Shown here: piece after piece, positions 1 through 10,099 of the stretch
How positions within the stretch are numbered: the first letter of the stretch is position 1
Layout: every line of letters begins with the position of its first letter
Assembly (NCBI GenBank): GCA_011364975.1
Contig: RDOE01000001.1
Span: 1 to 64,000, forward strand
Length of the DNA: 64,000 nt
From: Promethearchaeota archaeon
Lineage (GTDB): Archaea > Asgardarchaeota > Lokiarchaeia > Sigyniarchaeales > SOKP01
Reading direction: 5' to 3'
Translations under genes and position numbers: made by a program
The notes under the pieces: generated by a model
Databases searched by the model: none
What the model saw: the letters and a program-made list of their open reading frames with translations, nothing else
Told to the model about the DNA's origin: nothing

Positions 1-75
1 AGAGAATAAAGGTTAATCTCATAAATAAAATTATATGATTAGTTCAATTTAGGTTAAAAAATGGAGTGAAAAAAA

Positions 76-312
76 GTGGATATAAATAAGAAAATCGTGC
101 TTGGAATGATTACAGGAGTAATAATTCTGGCGTTTGTCTACATTTTACTAACGTTTGATAATCAAGGAATTAGCCCATCTGTTTCTGGGGATTTAAGTTT
201 TCCGTTTTTTTTCATTTTCCCAGGCTGGTTCGCGATTTGGATTCCAATACTAGCTAGAAAAAGTAGAGAAGAACAACAAAGAAAACAGATATATAGGATT
301 AATGGAGGTTAA
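76..312 (+). CDS. small two-TM membrane protein
   Basis: 78-aa ORF with two hydrophobic segments; GGAGTG SD-like motif upstream. Confidence 0.6.
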   Translation: MDINKKIVLGMITGVIILAFVYILLTFDNQGISPSVSGDLSFPFFFIFPGWFAIWIPILARKSREEQQRKQIYRINGG

Positions 313-529
313 CGAGGTAGGAATGATGTTGTATAGGACTAAAAAAGAACGGATGTTTGTAATTGGCGTTTTTTCTCTCATTATAGCAATCTTATTGAAA
401 TATTTTGGTGGAAATATGTTAATGACCGATTTTTTTGAAGGAGTATTCACTGGAATTTCTTTAGTTATGAATTTATGTTATTTAGTTAGATTACGTTCAG
501 AGAAAAGAATGGAATGCAACGTAGCTTAA
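302..529 (+). CDS. small two-TM membrane protein
   Basis: Hydrophobic ORF coupled to its neighbours; true start may be ATG at about 323-326 after GAGGT. Confidence 0.55.
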   Translation: MEVNEVGMMLYRTKKERMFVIGVFSLIIAILLKYFGGNMLMTDFFEGVFTGISLVMNLCYLVRLRSEKRMECNVA

Positions 530-1680
530 AAATAGGGGTTGTAAAAATGTTCATTATAAATGAGAGGCGAGGAAAAATTTCCAATTTTTTAAGACCATCA
601 ATAATTGTAGTAATAGGGGCTATTTTATTGAACTTTTTACAAGCCATTTTACTTACACTATCGTTTTCATTAAATTTCACGTTAGGAGGAGATCTTGTTA
701 TTCTTTCGCTCTTATTCTTATTTATTTCTCAAGTTGGAGGGTTTTTGATAACGTATTTCATCTTAATTCCTCTCATGGAAATTAAGGGCGTAAAAAGGAA
801 TCCTTTAACATTATATAATCTTAAAAGAACAATATTATTCTTATGTGTGCTATTTGCCATAACCATTATTAATAACTATATATTCATTACAATCTTTACC
901 ATTTTTGATTTAATCCCACAAAGTGGTTATAGTGGTATCTTATTAAATGCAACACAGTTGAAAAATCCCCTGAATATTATTATATATTACCTTCCACTCA
1001 CGGTTGGAGCTCCCTTTTTCGAGGAATTACTTTATCGGCGTACATTAATCCCCATGTTGGAGAAACGAGGGATGGCATCGTTTACGGCGGTTATCGCTTC
1101 AAGTATCGTATTTGCTTTTGCTCATTTCCCAAATGATTTAATAAATGGAAATTTATACGGTGGAATTATCCATTGCGTGGGTGTATTTTACATTTCAATT
1201 GTAGTTGGATTGATTTACGTGCTTACTCGTAATATCCTATTTCCAATAATTATTCATAGTATTGTAAACTTCATATCCTTTTCCGGACCGATTGTTACTA
1301 CCCTAGAAAATGAGATATTATTGTTTAGTTATAATACAATTGTTTTCTGTATTGCTGGTGTTGGAATTGGGGTTTTGCTTTATGGAATTTGGCGCTATTT
1401 CAAAAGAACTACAACAGATTGGGTGATTTTATTAAAAACAAGGTCATCCAATGGCATAGGAAGAGGTTTAATCGGTTTTATTAGTATAGGGATAGGTAGT
1501 GCCTTTATACCGATAATAATTGAGATCCTTTCAGTTAATTTGTTAATTTTAAGTGCTAACCTTTCACTTTACTTCAGTATTTTGTTAGCGAATTATGCAA
1601 TAGTAAACATTTTGTTCTTTTTAGTTGGAACAAGGATTAAATATGAGCCTAATATAAATATCGAAAAAGGGGGGTCATGA
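514..1680 (+). CDS. CPBP (CAAX/Abi) intramembrane metalloprotease
   Basis: APFFEELLYR, FAFAH and IIIHSIVN motifs; many TM helices; start probably ATG 547. Confidence 0.85.
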   Translation: MQRSLKIGVVKMFIINERRGKISNFLRPSIIVVIGAILLNFLQAILLTLSFSLNFTLGGDLVILSLLFLFISQVGGFLITYFILIPLMEIKGVKRNPLTLYNLKRTILFLCVLFAITIINNYIFITIFTIFDLIPQSGYSGILLNATQLKNPLNIIIYYLPLTVGAPFFEELLYRRTLIPMLEKRGMASFTAVIASSIVFAFAHFPNDLINGNLYGGIIHCVGVFYISIVVGLIYVLTRNILFPIIIHSIVNFISFSGPIVTTLENEILLFSYNTIVFCIAGVGIGVLLYGIWRYFKRTTTDWVILLKTRSSNGIGRGLIGFISIGIGSAFIPIIIEILSVNLLILSANLSLYFSILLANYAIVNILFFLVGTRIKYEPNINIEKGGS

Positions 1681-1684
1681 TAAA

Positions 1685-1966
1685 ATGAAACCTTTAATGA
1701 CAACTGAAAGGAGTTTAATTGCTGCATTTATTATTTCGGACATTGCGAGTTTTCTATTGCTCTTGATGAATATCTTCAATAATATGACAGGTGAAAGTGA
1801 AGTTATTCCTATCTTTTTAATGATCATGCCTGCGATATATATAGAAACTAAAAGAAGGCTGAAAACTGAAGAAAGCCGAGAATTTCACTATAAAATTGTA
1901 TTACGAGTATTATTTTGGTGCTTGGTTATAACAGAAAGCATCAACATAATTTTATTCGTATTTTGA
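1685..1966 (+). CDS. small membrane protein
   Basis: 93-aa hydrophobic ORF in the operon, GGGGGT SD. Confidence 0.6.
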   Translation: MKPLMTTERSLIAAFIISDIASFLLLLMNIFNNMTGESEVIPIFLMIMPAIYIETKRRLKTEESREFHYKIVLRVLFWCLVITESINIILFVF

Positions 1967-2043
1967 TCATAAATTCCAAATTTACCAAAAAAAAATTCAA
2001 AAAAGAAATAATTAAAAATTAAAAAAAAAGAGGTACTAAAAAA

Positions 2044-2883
2044 ATGACAGAAAGTTATGCTATAAGGACTACAGGTCTTACTAAAAGTTTTGGTAATATC
2101 CGTGCAGTTAATAAGCTCAATTTAGAGATTCCTTATGGGAAAACATATGGATTGTTAGGTCCGAATGGTGCCGGTAAAACTACAACAGTTAGAATTCTTA
2201 ACGCTATAATATCGAAAACGTCCGGAAACGCTTCAGTTGGTGGTTTCGATATTGTATTGCAAAGTAATGATGTAAAAAGAATATGTGGATTCTTACCAGA
2301 ATCACCTGGATTATATTCTAAATTAACGGCTCGTGAATTCTTAGAGTTTATTGGAGAGCTCTACTCTTTACCAAAAGAAGTGATATTAGCTCGAGTTGAT
2401 GAGTTATTAGAACTTTTTGATTTAGAAGGAAGAGAGAACGATCTTTTAGAAGGTTATTCCAGAGGTATGAAGCAAAAAGTTTGCTTATGCGCTGCGTTAA
2501 TTCAGGACCCTAAGATAATTTTCTTAGATGAGCCCACTTCGAACTTAGATCCTGCAGCGGCTAGAATTGTAAAAGATCTTATTTCAATACTCGCTAAAAA
2601 AGCCGACAAGACAGTGTTCATATGTACTCACCTTCTTGATGCTGCGGAGGAATTATGTGATATCATTGGAATTATAGTTGATGGGGAATTAAAAGCGGAA
2701 GGCACACCCAAAGAAATAATTGAATCTGTTGGTGCAAAAGATCTTGAAGATGCGTATTTAAAAATTACTGGAGCGTCTCATATTGATGATTTACTTGCTT
2801 GGCGAGATGAAAATCTTAACTCTCATGAAAATAAAAAGGGAAAAAAAAGAAAGCAGAAAAATTTAATTAAAAAGTTGAGGTAA
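2044..2883 (+). CDS. ABC-2 type exporter ATP-binding subunit
   Basis: GPNGAGKTT, YSRGM signature, IIFLDEPT, H-loop. Confidence 0.95.
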   Translation: MTESYAIRTTGLTKSFGNIRAVNKLNLEIPYGKTYGLLGPNGAGKTTTVRILNAIISKTSGNASVGGFDIVLQSNDVKRICGFLPESPGLYSKLTAREFLEFIGELYSLPKEVILARVDELLELFDLEGRENDLLEGYSRGMKQKVCLCAALIQDPKIIFLDEPTSNLDPAAARIVKDLISILAKKADKTVFICTHLLDAAEELCDIIGIIVDGELKAEGTPKEIIESVGAKDLEDAYLKITGASHIDDLLAWRDENLNSHENKKGKKRKQKNLIKKLR

Positions 2884-2890
2884 AGATAAA

Positions 2891-4570
2891 ATGGCAATAT
2901 TAACAACTGAAGACAAGTTGGAAACTGTTGGAGAAGTTGTATATCAGGTAAATTCAGATAAACCTAAATATCCAAATAAGAACCTTTGGAAGATTATCGC
3001 AAAGAACGAATTAAGGATTAGAACGAGTAAGTTTCGAAGGCGTAGGCCTATTTTCTTCCTAGCATTATATTCGGTATTATCTATATGGGCATTTGTTGTG
3101 GCTCCATTTCTTTTCGATCTATTCATGCCAACATTAGCAGTACAATATTCTACAATATTCAAACCTGTAGTTGCTATTGTGATCGAATCGATAATGATGA
3201 TGCTTTTCTTAGTACTTATGATGTATCCTTTAAATAATGTATATCGGGAAAGCGAAATTGGATTTAAGGAATCACTTTTAGCAACTCCAGTGAAATCAAA
3301 TGACATTTTTCTTGGAGAATTTTTAGGAAAATTTCCAATTTATTTGATGGCTGTTTTACTAGTGACTCCGATAATCTTGGGTATTGCTAATCCAATCATT
3401 GATTTTACATTTTTTCAATATCTTACAATTTATCTTTGTATCTTAGGTTTAGTGTATTTTGCCAATTTAGTAGGCTCTATTATCGCAAGTTGGATAGAGC
3501 ATAAAATATCTAAAAACGAAAAGGCAAGAGAATTAGGCAAGGTCTTTATATGGATTTTCACCATAGCGTTGGTTGCTATAATGTATGCTATTATGTTTTT
3601 TCTAAACGAATTGATGGCGAACCCTGAATTGAAAAATTGGTTGGCATTTTACCCATCATTATGGTTTTCCAACATAATCTTATACAGCATAGACCCAATT
3701 CTGATTGAATCATTTGTATTGAATATATGGCTAAATATTGTGTTAGCCATCGGTATTCCGACTTTGATACTATATGTATCTTACAAAAAAGCCGAGAACT
3801 TTTATAGTTTAGAAGGAATCAGTGAAAAGAGTACTACGATAATTAAACAAAAGGAGAATTTTTTCTATCAAATTATCAGGAAAGTAGCAGGATCCAAATG
3901 GGGATGCTTAACTGTTGTACAATTAAAAAGAATGTTCAGGAAAAAATCAAATTACGCAAGATTAGCTTACATATTTGGTTTACTTGGCTTTATGACCTGG
4001 TTTATTTCAAGAGGAGGTTTTGATCAAGAATGGTTTGTGCTTTTTTCTACGATACTAATAGCTATTGGTGGTGGAATAGGAAGTATTATGCTGGGTCACT
4101 TTGCTTTCATTGATTCTAAAGATTTGATATGGGTATATAAGAGATCTCCACGAGGACTAAAAAGCCTTGTATATTCTTATTTACTGGCTATGCTGATAAT
4201 TAATATATTTATAGCTGCGTTCGAAACGACATTAATATCGATATTCATGAACCTTGATCTCGCAAATATTTTAATCTTTTTCGTTGAATTTTTACTATTT
4301 TCGGAGATTTCGATGTGTCAAGCGATGGGCATTCAATGTTTTTCTCCTGCTTATGGGGAGAAGGACCCAAACATGCGAGGAAATGTTACGTATTCAATGC
4401 TTTTGCTTCAACCGATGATGTTTTTACCTATAGGCCTGTTATTGCTCATTCGACCAGAAAATATCTTTATAATGCAATTAATGATGCAAGTGCCGGTATT
4501 CCTTTATGTCATCGTAAGCAGTTTAATAATATTATATTTCGGTATGAAAAAATTAAATAAGATAGAATAG
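2891..4570 (+). CDS. ABC exporter permease (large multi-TM)
   Basis: About 12-14 TM segments, directly after the ABC ATPase. Confidence 0.75.
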   Translation: MAILTTEDKLETVGEVVYQVNSDKPKYPNKNLWKIIAKNELRIRTSKFRRRRPIFFLALYSVLSIWAFVVAPFLFDLFMPTLAVQYSTIFKPVVAIVIESIMMMLFLVLMMYPLNNVYRESEIGFKESLLATPVKSNDIFLGEFLGKFPIYLMAVLLVTPIILGIANPIIDFTFFQYLTIYLCILGLVYFANLVGSIIASWIEHKISKNEKARELGKVFIWIFTIALVAIMYAIMFFLNELMANPELKNWLAFYPSLWFSNIILYSIDPILIESFVLNIWLNIVLAIGIPTLILYVSYKKAENFYSLEGISEKSTTIIKQKENFFYQIIRKVAGSKWGCLTVVQLKRMFRKKSNYARLAYIFGLLGFMTWFISRGGFDQEWFVLFSTILIAIGGGIGSIMLGHFAFIDSKDLIWVYKRSPRGLKSLVYSYLLAMLIINIFIAAFETTLISIFMNLDLANILIFFVEFLLFSEISMCQAMGIQCFSPAYGEKDPNMRGNVTYSMLLLQPMMFLPIGLLLLIRPENIFIMQLMMQVPVFLYVIVSSLIILYFGMKKLNKIE

Positions 4571-4751
4571 AACGTGGAAATCATCCGATTTCCTATTTTT
4601 TTATTATCAATTCCTAAATAAGAAAAAATAAATGAAAAAGGGTTTATGCAATAGATAGAATAATAATCATAAAGTTTGCATCTTTATTTACTCCAAAAAT
4701 TATTTTTATAAGGTATCTCATTGTGCTTAAGTTATCTTAGAGGTGAAAAAT

Positions 4752-5381
4752 ATAGCAAATAGTATTGATTTGAAGGAGTTGGAGAGAAAAGCTTGGAGAT
4801 CCACTTTTAATGATGGGCTATTTGATATTTATATTGGTATTATGTTCTTTGGAATCAGTGTGGGTTATTTACTAGGAGAATTATTTACAATTGTCTATAA
4901 TTATCTTTTCCTCTTTCTCATTTTGGGAATAGCTATACTAATCTTGACAATAGGTAAAAGAAAAATCACTATTCCTCGAATGGGTTTCGTAAAATTTGGC
5001 AAAACTCGTAAAATGAGAAAGAAAAGAATATTATTTGTTTTACTAATTAATGTAATAATCTTATTAATCATATATTTTATTACAGAGCCGTCTTCTGGTT
5101 TTTTAAAATTAGATCCGCCATTTAATAGCTTGATTCTTGGACTTTTTATGATCGTTCCTTTGTGTGCTATTGCTTATTTTCTTCAATTTAGACGGTTATA
5201 TTTTTATGGAATATTTATGGGATTAACACCTTTCCTAACAGATGTTTTTGAGGTTTTCATGAGTAATATAGCCGCTATTATTTTAGTTTTTACTATTATT
5301 GATGGATTTATTATTTTCACAGGGTTTGTGTTTTTAATTAAATTCCTCAAAATATATCCATTATTGAAAGATGAGGTGTAA
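4752..5381 (+). CDS. membrane protein, tandem paralog 1 of 4 (probable ATA start)
   Basis: Shared LK.LE.KAW.ST..DG..DIY.G, PR.G.VKFG and C-terminal FL..YP motifs; the annotated GTG 4743 lies inside the GAGGTGA SD. Confidence 0.8.
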   Translation: MANSIDLKELERKAWRSTFNDGLFDIYIGIMFFGISVGYLLGELFTIVYNYLFLFLILGIAILILTIGKRKITIPRMGFVKFGKTRKMRKKRILFVLLINVIILLIIYFITEPSSGFLKLDPPFNSLILGLFMIVPLCAIAYFLQFRRLYFYGIFMGLTPFLTDVFEVFMSNIAAIILVFTIIDGFIIFTGFVFLIKFLKIYPLLKDEV

Positions 5382-5387
5382 TAAAAA

Positions 5388-6026
5388 TTGTCAAATAATA
5401 TTGAGTTAAAAGTTTTAGAAAAAAAAGCATGGAGAACTACGTTTGATGATGGCATTTTCGATATTTATATGGGTATATTAATTATTAGCATCGGATTTGG
5501 CATTAGTTTTTATGATTATTTACCCTTCCCAATTAATATCTTGATTGGTCCTATAATAATTGGATTAGGTTTGGCGTTTTTTATTTTAAGTAAAAAATAT
5601 CTAATTCAGCCTCGCATTGGAATCGTTAAATTTGGCCGGAAACGGAAGGTTAGAAAACTCAAAACAATGATTATAATATCAATTAATGTTGTATTCTTAT
5701 TTACAATTTTTTTACTCAATTTATCAGGTATTTTCCAGTATTTAATGATTCCCCCATTTTTGTATACTTTATTTACTGAATTGTTAGTTTTAACCCTTCC
5801 TTTATGTCTAGTCGCTTACTTTTTGCAATATAATCGATTGTACTTTATTGCGATATTAATGGGAATATCTTTTTCCTTAGCAGATGCATCTTCAATATTT
5901 ATTCCTATACCTTTTAATTTCTTGATCACATATTTGCTGATTGGGGGATTAATAATAGGAATGGGATTATTCTACTTTATTAGATTTCTACACAGATATC
6001 CCCTAACAAAAAGGGAGGTGATTTAA
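5388..6026 (+). CDS. membrane protein, tandem paralog 2 of 4
   Basis: Same motifs; TTG start after GAGGTG. Confidence 0.85.
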   Translation: MSNNIELKVLEKKAWRTTFDDGIFDIYMGILIISIGFGISFYDYLPFPINILIGPIIIGLGLAFFILSKKYLIQPRIGIVKFGRKRKVRKLKTMIIISINVVFLFTIFLLNLSGIFQYLMIPPFLYTLFTELLVLTLPLCLVAYFLQYNRLYFIAILMGISFSLADASSIFIPIPFNFLITYLLIGGLIIGMGLFYFIRFLHRYPLTKREVI

Positions 6027-6029
6027 AGC

Positions 6030-6671
6030 ATTTCAGATAATATCGATTTAAAACAGTTAGAGAAAAAGGTATGGGTATCTACATTCCAAGATGGATTCTG
6101 GGACATTTATTTTGGTATGATAATTATGGGAATGGGGCTCGCACCTTTAGGAAGATTTTTTGGTTTACCAGAAACCATTGGAGTTTTATTATTGGTCTTT
6201 AGCTGGAATATAGGAGCTTGTTTAATCTTTATATTAGGAAAAAGATATATTTCTAAACCGAGGATTGGTTTCGTTAAATTTGGTCAAAATCGTAAAAAAA
6301 GAAATAAGCTTTTAACTGTTTTTTTAGGTATAAATGTCGGATTGACTGTTATAATTTTTATTTTCACTTTACTGGGACTATTTCAATTGAGTTTACCCGG
6401 ATATCTAGTTATGTTAGTTATTGGGCTATTATTCATTACTACACCCTTTAGCTTTATAGCGTATTTTATCCAATTAAAGCGTGTTTATCTGTATGCGTTG
6501 TTAGGTGGATTTGGTCTGTTCTTTAGTGAATTATTATATCCAATTTTAGATGCTCCTTTTAATGACATTCTAGTTTTTGTTCCTTTTGGTGGTATGATTT
6601 TAATTTTTGGAATTATCATTCTAATTTATTTTTTAAAGAAATATCCTCTAATAAAAAAGAGGGTGATGTAA
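6030..6671 (+). CDS. membrane protein, tandem paralog 3 of 4 (ATT start)
   Basis: Conserved N-terminus ISDNIDLKQLEKKVWVSTFQDG lies upstream of ATG 6117; GGAGGTGA SD; in-frame TAA at 6024-6026. Confidence 0.8.
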   Translation: MSDNIDLKQLEKKVWVSTFQDGFWDIYFGMIIMGMGLAPLGRFFGLPETIGVLLLVFSWNIGACLIFILGKRYISKPRIGFVKFGQNRKKRNKLLTVFLGINVGLTVIIFIFTLLGLFQLSLPGYLVMLVIGLLFITTPFSFIAYFIQLKRVYLYALLGGFGLFFSELLYPILDAPFNDILVFVPFGGMILIFGIIILIYFLKKYPLIKKRVM

Positions 6672-6674
6672 AGA

Positions 6675-7319
6675 ATTTCAGAGAAGATAAATTTAAAAGA
6701 TTTAGAAAGAAAAGCGTGGCGGTCTACATATCAAGATGGTATCTGGGATATTTATTTTGGGTGGTTAATGTTAGGTTTTGGGTTATCTGCACTTGCAGAA
6801 TTTATTCCGTTACCGGAAAATCAATTTGTAGATTTTGGAATAATTGCAATCCTATTGCCATGGAATGTAATAACTGTATTGATATTAATTTTTGGAAAAA
6901 AATATATAACGATTCCACGTTTGGGTTTTGTTAAATTTGGGGAAAAAAGGAAAAAGATAAAAAAAAGACTTTTAATTTTCCTTTTAATTAATGTGGTGGT
7001 TGCATTTGTATTATTATTCTTTACAATTTCTGGTTTTTTTAGTTTGCTTCAATTAAATACTTCAATTGAATCGCTAATAGTTGGAATTCTATTTATAACT
7101 TTGCCTTTAAGTGTCCTTGCTTTCTTTTTAGATTTCTATAGGCTTTTCTTTTATGCAATCTTATCAGGTTTGGGTTTTTTCTTTACTGAACTATTTTATC
7201 CTATAGTGGGAGAACCTTATGATGTTCTTTTATCTTTCGGAGCAATAGGTATTATAATAACAACTATAGGTTTGATTTATTTAGTTCAATTTTTGCATAA
7301 ATACCCATTAAATAAATAA
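6675..7319 (+). CDS. membrane protein, tandem paralog 4 of 4 (ATT start)
   Basis: ISEKINLKDLERKAWRSTYQDG upstream of ATG 6768; GGGTGA SD; in-frame TAA at 6669-6671. Confidence 0.8.
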   Translation: MSEKINLKDLERKAWRSTYQDGIWDIYFGWLMLGFGLSALAEFIPLPENQFVDFGIIAILLPWNVITVLILIFGKKYITIPRLGFVKFGEKRKKIKKRLLIFLLINVVVAFVLLFFTISGFFSLLQLNTSIESLIVGILFITLPLSVLAFFLDFYRLFFYAILSGLGFFFTELFYPIVGEPYDVLLSFGAIGIIITTIGLIYLVQFLHKYPLNK

Positions 7320-7332
7320 TAGGTGATTTGAT

Positions 7333-7674
7333 ATAGCTAAAGAGAAAACAAAATCAGACGATTCCGAGAAAAAGATATTACCCTTTACAGATATTGATAA
7401 ATTAATTCATGAACCCGCTCGGTTATTAATTATGTCCTTTCTTTATGTAGTCGAAGAAGCTGATTTTGTTTTCTTAAAAAATCAAACTGATTTAACTGAT
7501 GGAAATCTTTTTTCCCATTTAGGTAAACTTGAAGATGCTGGATATGTAAATGTCGAAAAAAAAGTAAAAGCAAAAAAGTCACAGACTCTATACAGCTTGA
7601 CCAAAGAAGGTCGAATCGCTTTTGAAAATTATAGAAAAAAAATGTCTCAAGTATTAGGTGATCTAACTAAATAA
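7333..7674 (+). CDS. winged-HTH transcriptional regulator, HTH_34/ArsR-like (probable ATA start)
   Basis: Family motif DKLIHEPARLLIMS begins upstream of ATG 7432; LTDGNL.SHL.KLE.AGYV; AGGTGA SD. Confidence 0.85.
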   Translation: MAKEKTKSDDSEKKILPFTDIDKLIHEPARLLIMSFLYVVEEADFVFLKNQTDLTDGNLFSHLGKLEDAGYVNVEKKVKAKKSQTLYSLTKEGRIAFENYRKKMSQVLGDLTK

Positions 7675-7815
7675 ATTTATTATTTCTAACTAAGTTTATC
7701 TAATTTCTATTTTTACTATTTAAGCTATTAAGAGGAAATAATTTTATTTTTCACTAGATTTAAATTGATTTAACATATGTTATAATTAAAAATTTTAATA
7801 ATTGAGAGGAATTAC

Positions 7816-7986
7816 ATGACAGACTATAAACGATTTAAATGTAGTTGTGGAGAAGAAAATCCACGTAAATTGCATGAGGAACCAGATAAAACTCAAGTAC
7901 TTTATTACTCAATGCAAGGTACTCCGGTTTATAAGAAGAAAATAAAGTGTGGAACCTGTGGGAATGTTTTCGATAAATCTTCATAA
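7816..7986 (+). CDS. 56-aa zinc-ribbon protein (missed by the ORF track)
   Basis: MTDYKRFKCSCGEEN...KIKCGTCGNVF; GAGAGG SD. Confidence 0.75.
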   Translation: MTDYKRFKCSCGEENPRKLHEEPDKTQVLYYSMQGTPVYKKKIKCGTCGNVFDKSS

Positions 7987-8051
7987 AGAGTATTAATAAG
8001 TTTTCTCAATTTTTAATTTTATTCTTCCTTATTTTTTGTATCTGAAGTTAA

Positions 8052-9254
8052 TCATAATCTTAGTACAATCTCATTATGAGCTTTAAGCATATCTTGCATA
8101 ATAAGCTCCATAGCATCTTTAATATCAGGAACATTTTCAGGAATACTTCTTTTTGCATTAACACTTGCCATTAAAACTTCATTTAAACCCCTTAAAATCA
8201 TATCAGGGGAATACCAAGGCTTTTTTGAGGCCCACCATTGTTGACAGGAGTGAATTCCTCTATCTAATAGATTACGAGCATTGTCGAATATCTTTTTTCT
8301 CTCTTTATCCATTGCTTCACGATATTTAGAAGACAAATGGATGAGAGTCAATGCGTACATCAAAAAGCGATGTTGCTCAACATGAATATTATTGCTTGGA
8401 TCGAACCATAATGGAAAGGGAACTTCATGGGCAAGATCATAGGGTAAAGTAGACCAGCTAGATGCTCTGGGGTTTTGAGACTCTTTAAGAGGAAATTTGT
8501 TTATAATTTCTGAAACAGTACACAATTTAATATCATCCCTTTGTGAAAGCGCATTGAATAAGGGAACTAAAAAATCAGTAATCGCATGCTTAACATGATG
8601 CCCAAATGTTTCTCCATCCATCGCAAGGATGACATAGTAATCTTCAGAGGTACATTTATAGTATAATCGACTAATGAATGCATCAACGTTATTGATTTTA
8701 TTAAACGCACAATCATTTGAAATAAAATCATCCCGAAAAATTAGTTTTAACCCATTTGAATGATTGGAGATAAAATTAGTTGGAAAAGTTGGAAGAGTAT
8801 TTGCAATTCCGCTCAAAATTATCCATTCAAATCCCTTCTCTCTTACACAAGTCAATACTTCTTCTGATATTGCCATTTCTGGGGGGAAAAAACCTTTAGG
8901 TTGATAGGATTTTCCAAAAAAGTGGCGGTTGGTTTCATTATTTAAAATTATTTGCCGTTTAATTTCTGGTTCAGGTATTAAAGGTAATAAAGGATGGAAT
9001 TTTGCAGATCCAGTGAATTCAATTTGTCCTTCTGATGCAAGACTAGTAATTGATTGAATTAAGTCATCATAACCAAAGTCATGGAGTTGTTCTGTCAAGG
9101 TGCCATTAATATTCAGTGTAATTTTGGCGAGTGGATAGTTTTTAAGCGCTTCAATAATTGGGTAATATGATTCGTGTGCGATTTGTCTTATTACGGGAGG
9201 TATTTGAACTGGTGGCTGATAAATATGAAATAAGAATGCGAAATGAACAACCAT
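8052..9254 (-). CDS. glycoside hydrolase family 57
   Basis: HIYQP, FFPPEMA and AMDGETFGHH motifs. Confidence 0.9.
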   Translation of the reverse strand: MVVHFAFLFHIYQPPVQIPPVIRQIAHESYYPIIEALKNYPLAKITLNINGTLTEQLHDFGYDDLIQSITSLASEGQIEFTGSAKFHPLLPLIPEPEIKRQIILNNETNRHFFGKSYQPKGFFPPEMAISEEVLTCVREKGFEWIILSGIANTLPTFPTNFISNHSNGLKLIFRDDFISNDCAFNKINNVDAFISRLYYKCTSEDYYVILAMDGETFGHHVKHAITDFLVPLFNALSQRDDIKLCTVSEIINKFPLKESQNPRASSWSTLPYDLAHEVPFPLWFDPSNNIHVEQHRFLMYALTLIHLSSKYREAMDKERKKIFDNARNLLDRGIHSCQQWWASKKPWYSPDMILRGLNEVLMASVNAKRSIPENVPDIKDAMELIMQDMLKAHNEIVLRL

Positions 9255-9316
9255 ATATTCAAATACAAATATTAGATATTTAATTTTAAGTTTCTATAAA
9301 AAATTATACAAGAAAC

Positions 9317-10066
9317 TTATTTGGTTAGTAATATTTTATATAGATTTTGCAGCGTATCAATGTTAATTTGTCCCGGAGCGGTTTTTTCCCCTAAGGAGGC
9401 ATATGTCATGATTGAACCTACTCTAATGCAAAATACTCTAGAGAGCATCCCTAAATCTCCCATACAAAAAGAGATAACTTTTTTATAATCTTGTGAAAGT
9501 TCTTTACAAAGAGCTAATGGAACTAAATTATCTTCAATATTTTGTGCAGTAAAAATAATCTTGTATACACTTTTGCTTAAGATATCGAGTTCATCAAGTT
9601 TATTCGTTACTATTTTATCCTCAAATCTTAATATAATTTCTTTAGCTTGTTCAAGGTTAAGAGTTGAATCAAAATTATGGTAAGAAAATATTAAATTCAC
9701 TTTTTCCATATAACATAAATTTATTATATCGCTAAGCAATTCGGTATTAGAATTCATTTCTATGTCAAAAAAATCCGGTCGTTGTTCGATTAATAGTTTT
9801 AGTATTTTAAATCTCAAATTATCATCAATCTTAATTTTTCCACCTTCAGATTCATGTCTAAATGTAAAAATGCAATAGGCATTTCTCTGAATGAAATTTT
9901 TTATCTGCTCAAGAAAGTTATTAGTAAGATCATTTACATTAGGAATATAATCGAACCTAAATTCGATAAATTCAGGATCATAGTCTAAAGCATTATTTAT
10001 CCTAGATTTAATTTCTTCTAAATTGTAAGAGTTAATTGGAAGAGCAATACAAATTTTATTGTTCAT
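9317..10066 (-). CDS. aroD: type I 3-dehydroquinate dehydratase
   Basis: EFRFD, FTFR..EGG, SYHNF, MG..G..SR and APGQI motifs. Confidence 0.92.
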   Translation of the reverse strand: MNNKICIALPINSYNLEEIKSRINNALDYDPEFIEFRFDYIPNVNDLTNNFLEQIKNFIQRNAYCIFTFRHESEGGKIKIDDNLRFKILKLLIEQRPDFFDIEMNSNTELLSDIINLCYMEKVNLIFSYHNFDSTLNLEQAKEIILRFEDKIVTNKLDELDILSKSVYKIIFTAQNIEDNLVPLALCKELSQDYKKVISFCMGDLGMLSRVFCIRVGSIMTYASLGEKTAPGQINIDTLQNLYKILLTK

Positions 10067-10099
10067 AATATTCTAAATAGAAAAATAAGAAAAATAAGT

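Noticed and set aside
5379-6677. Stop-codon readthrough joining the four paralogs into a polyprotein
   Set aside because: The stops are TAA (double at the first junction), the genome uses TAA as a normal stop, and each unit has its own SD.
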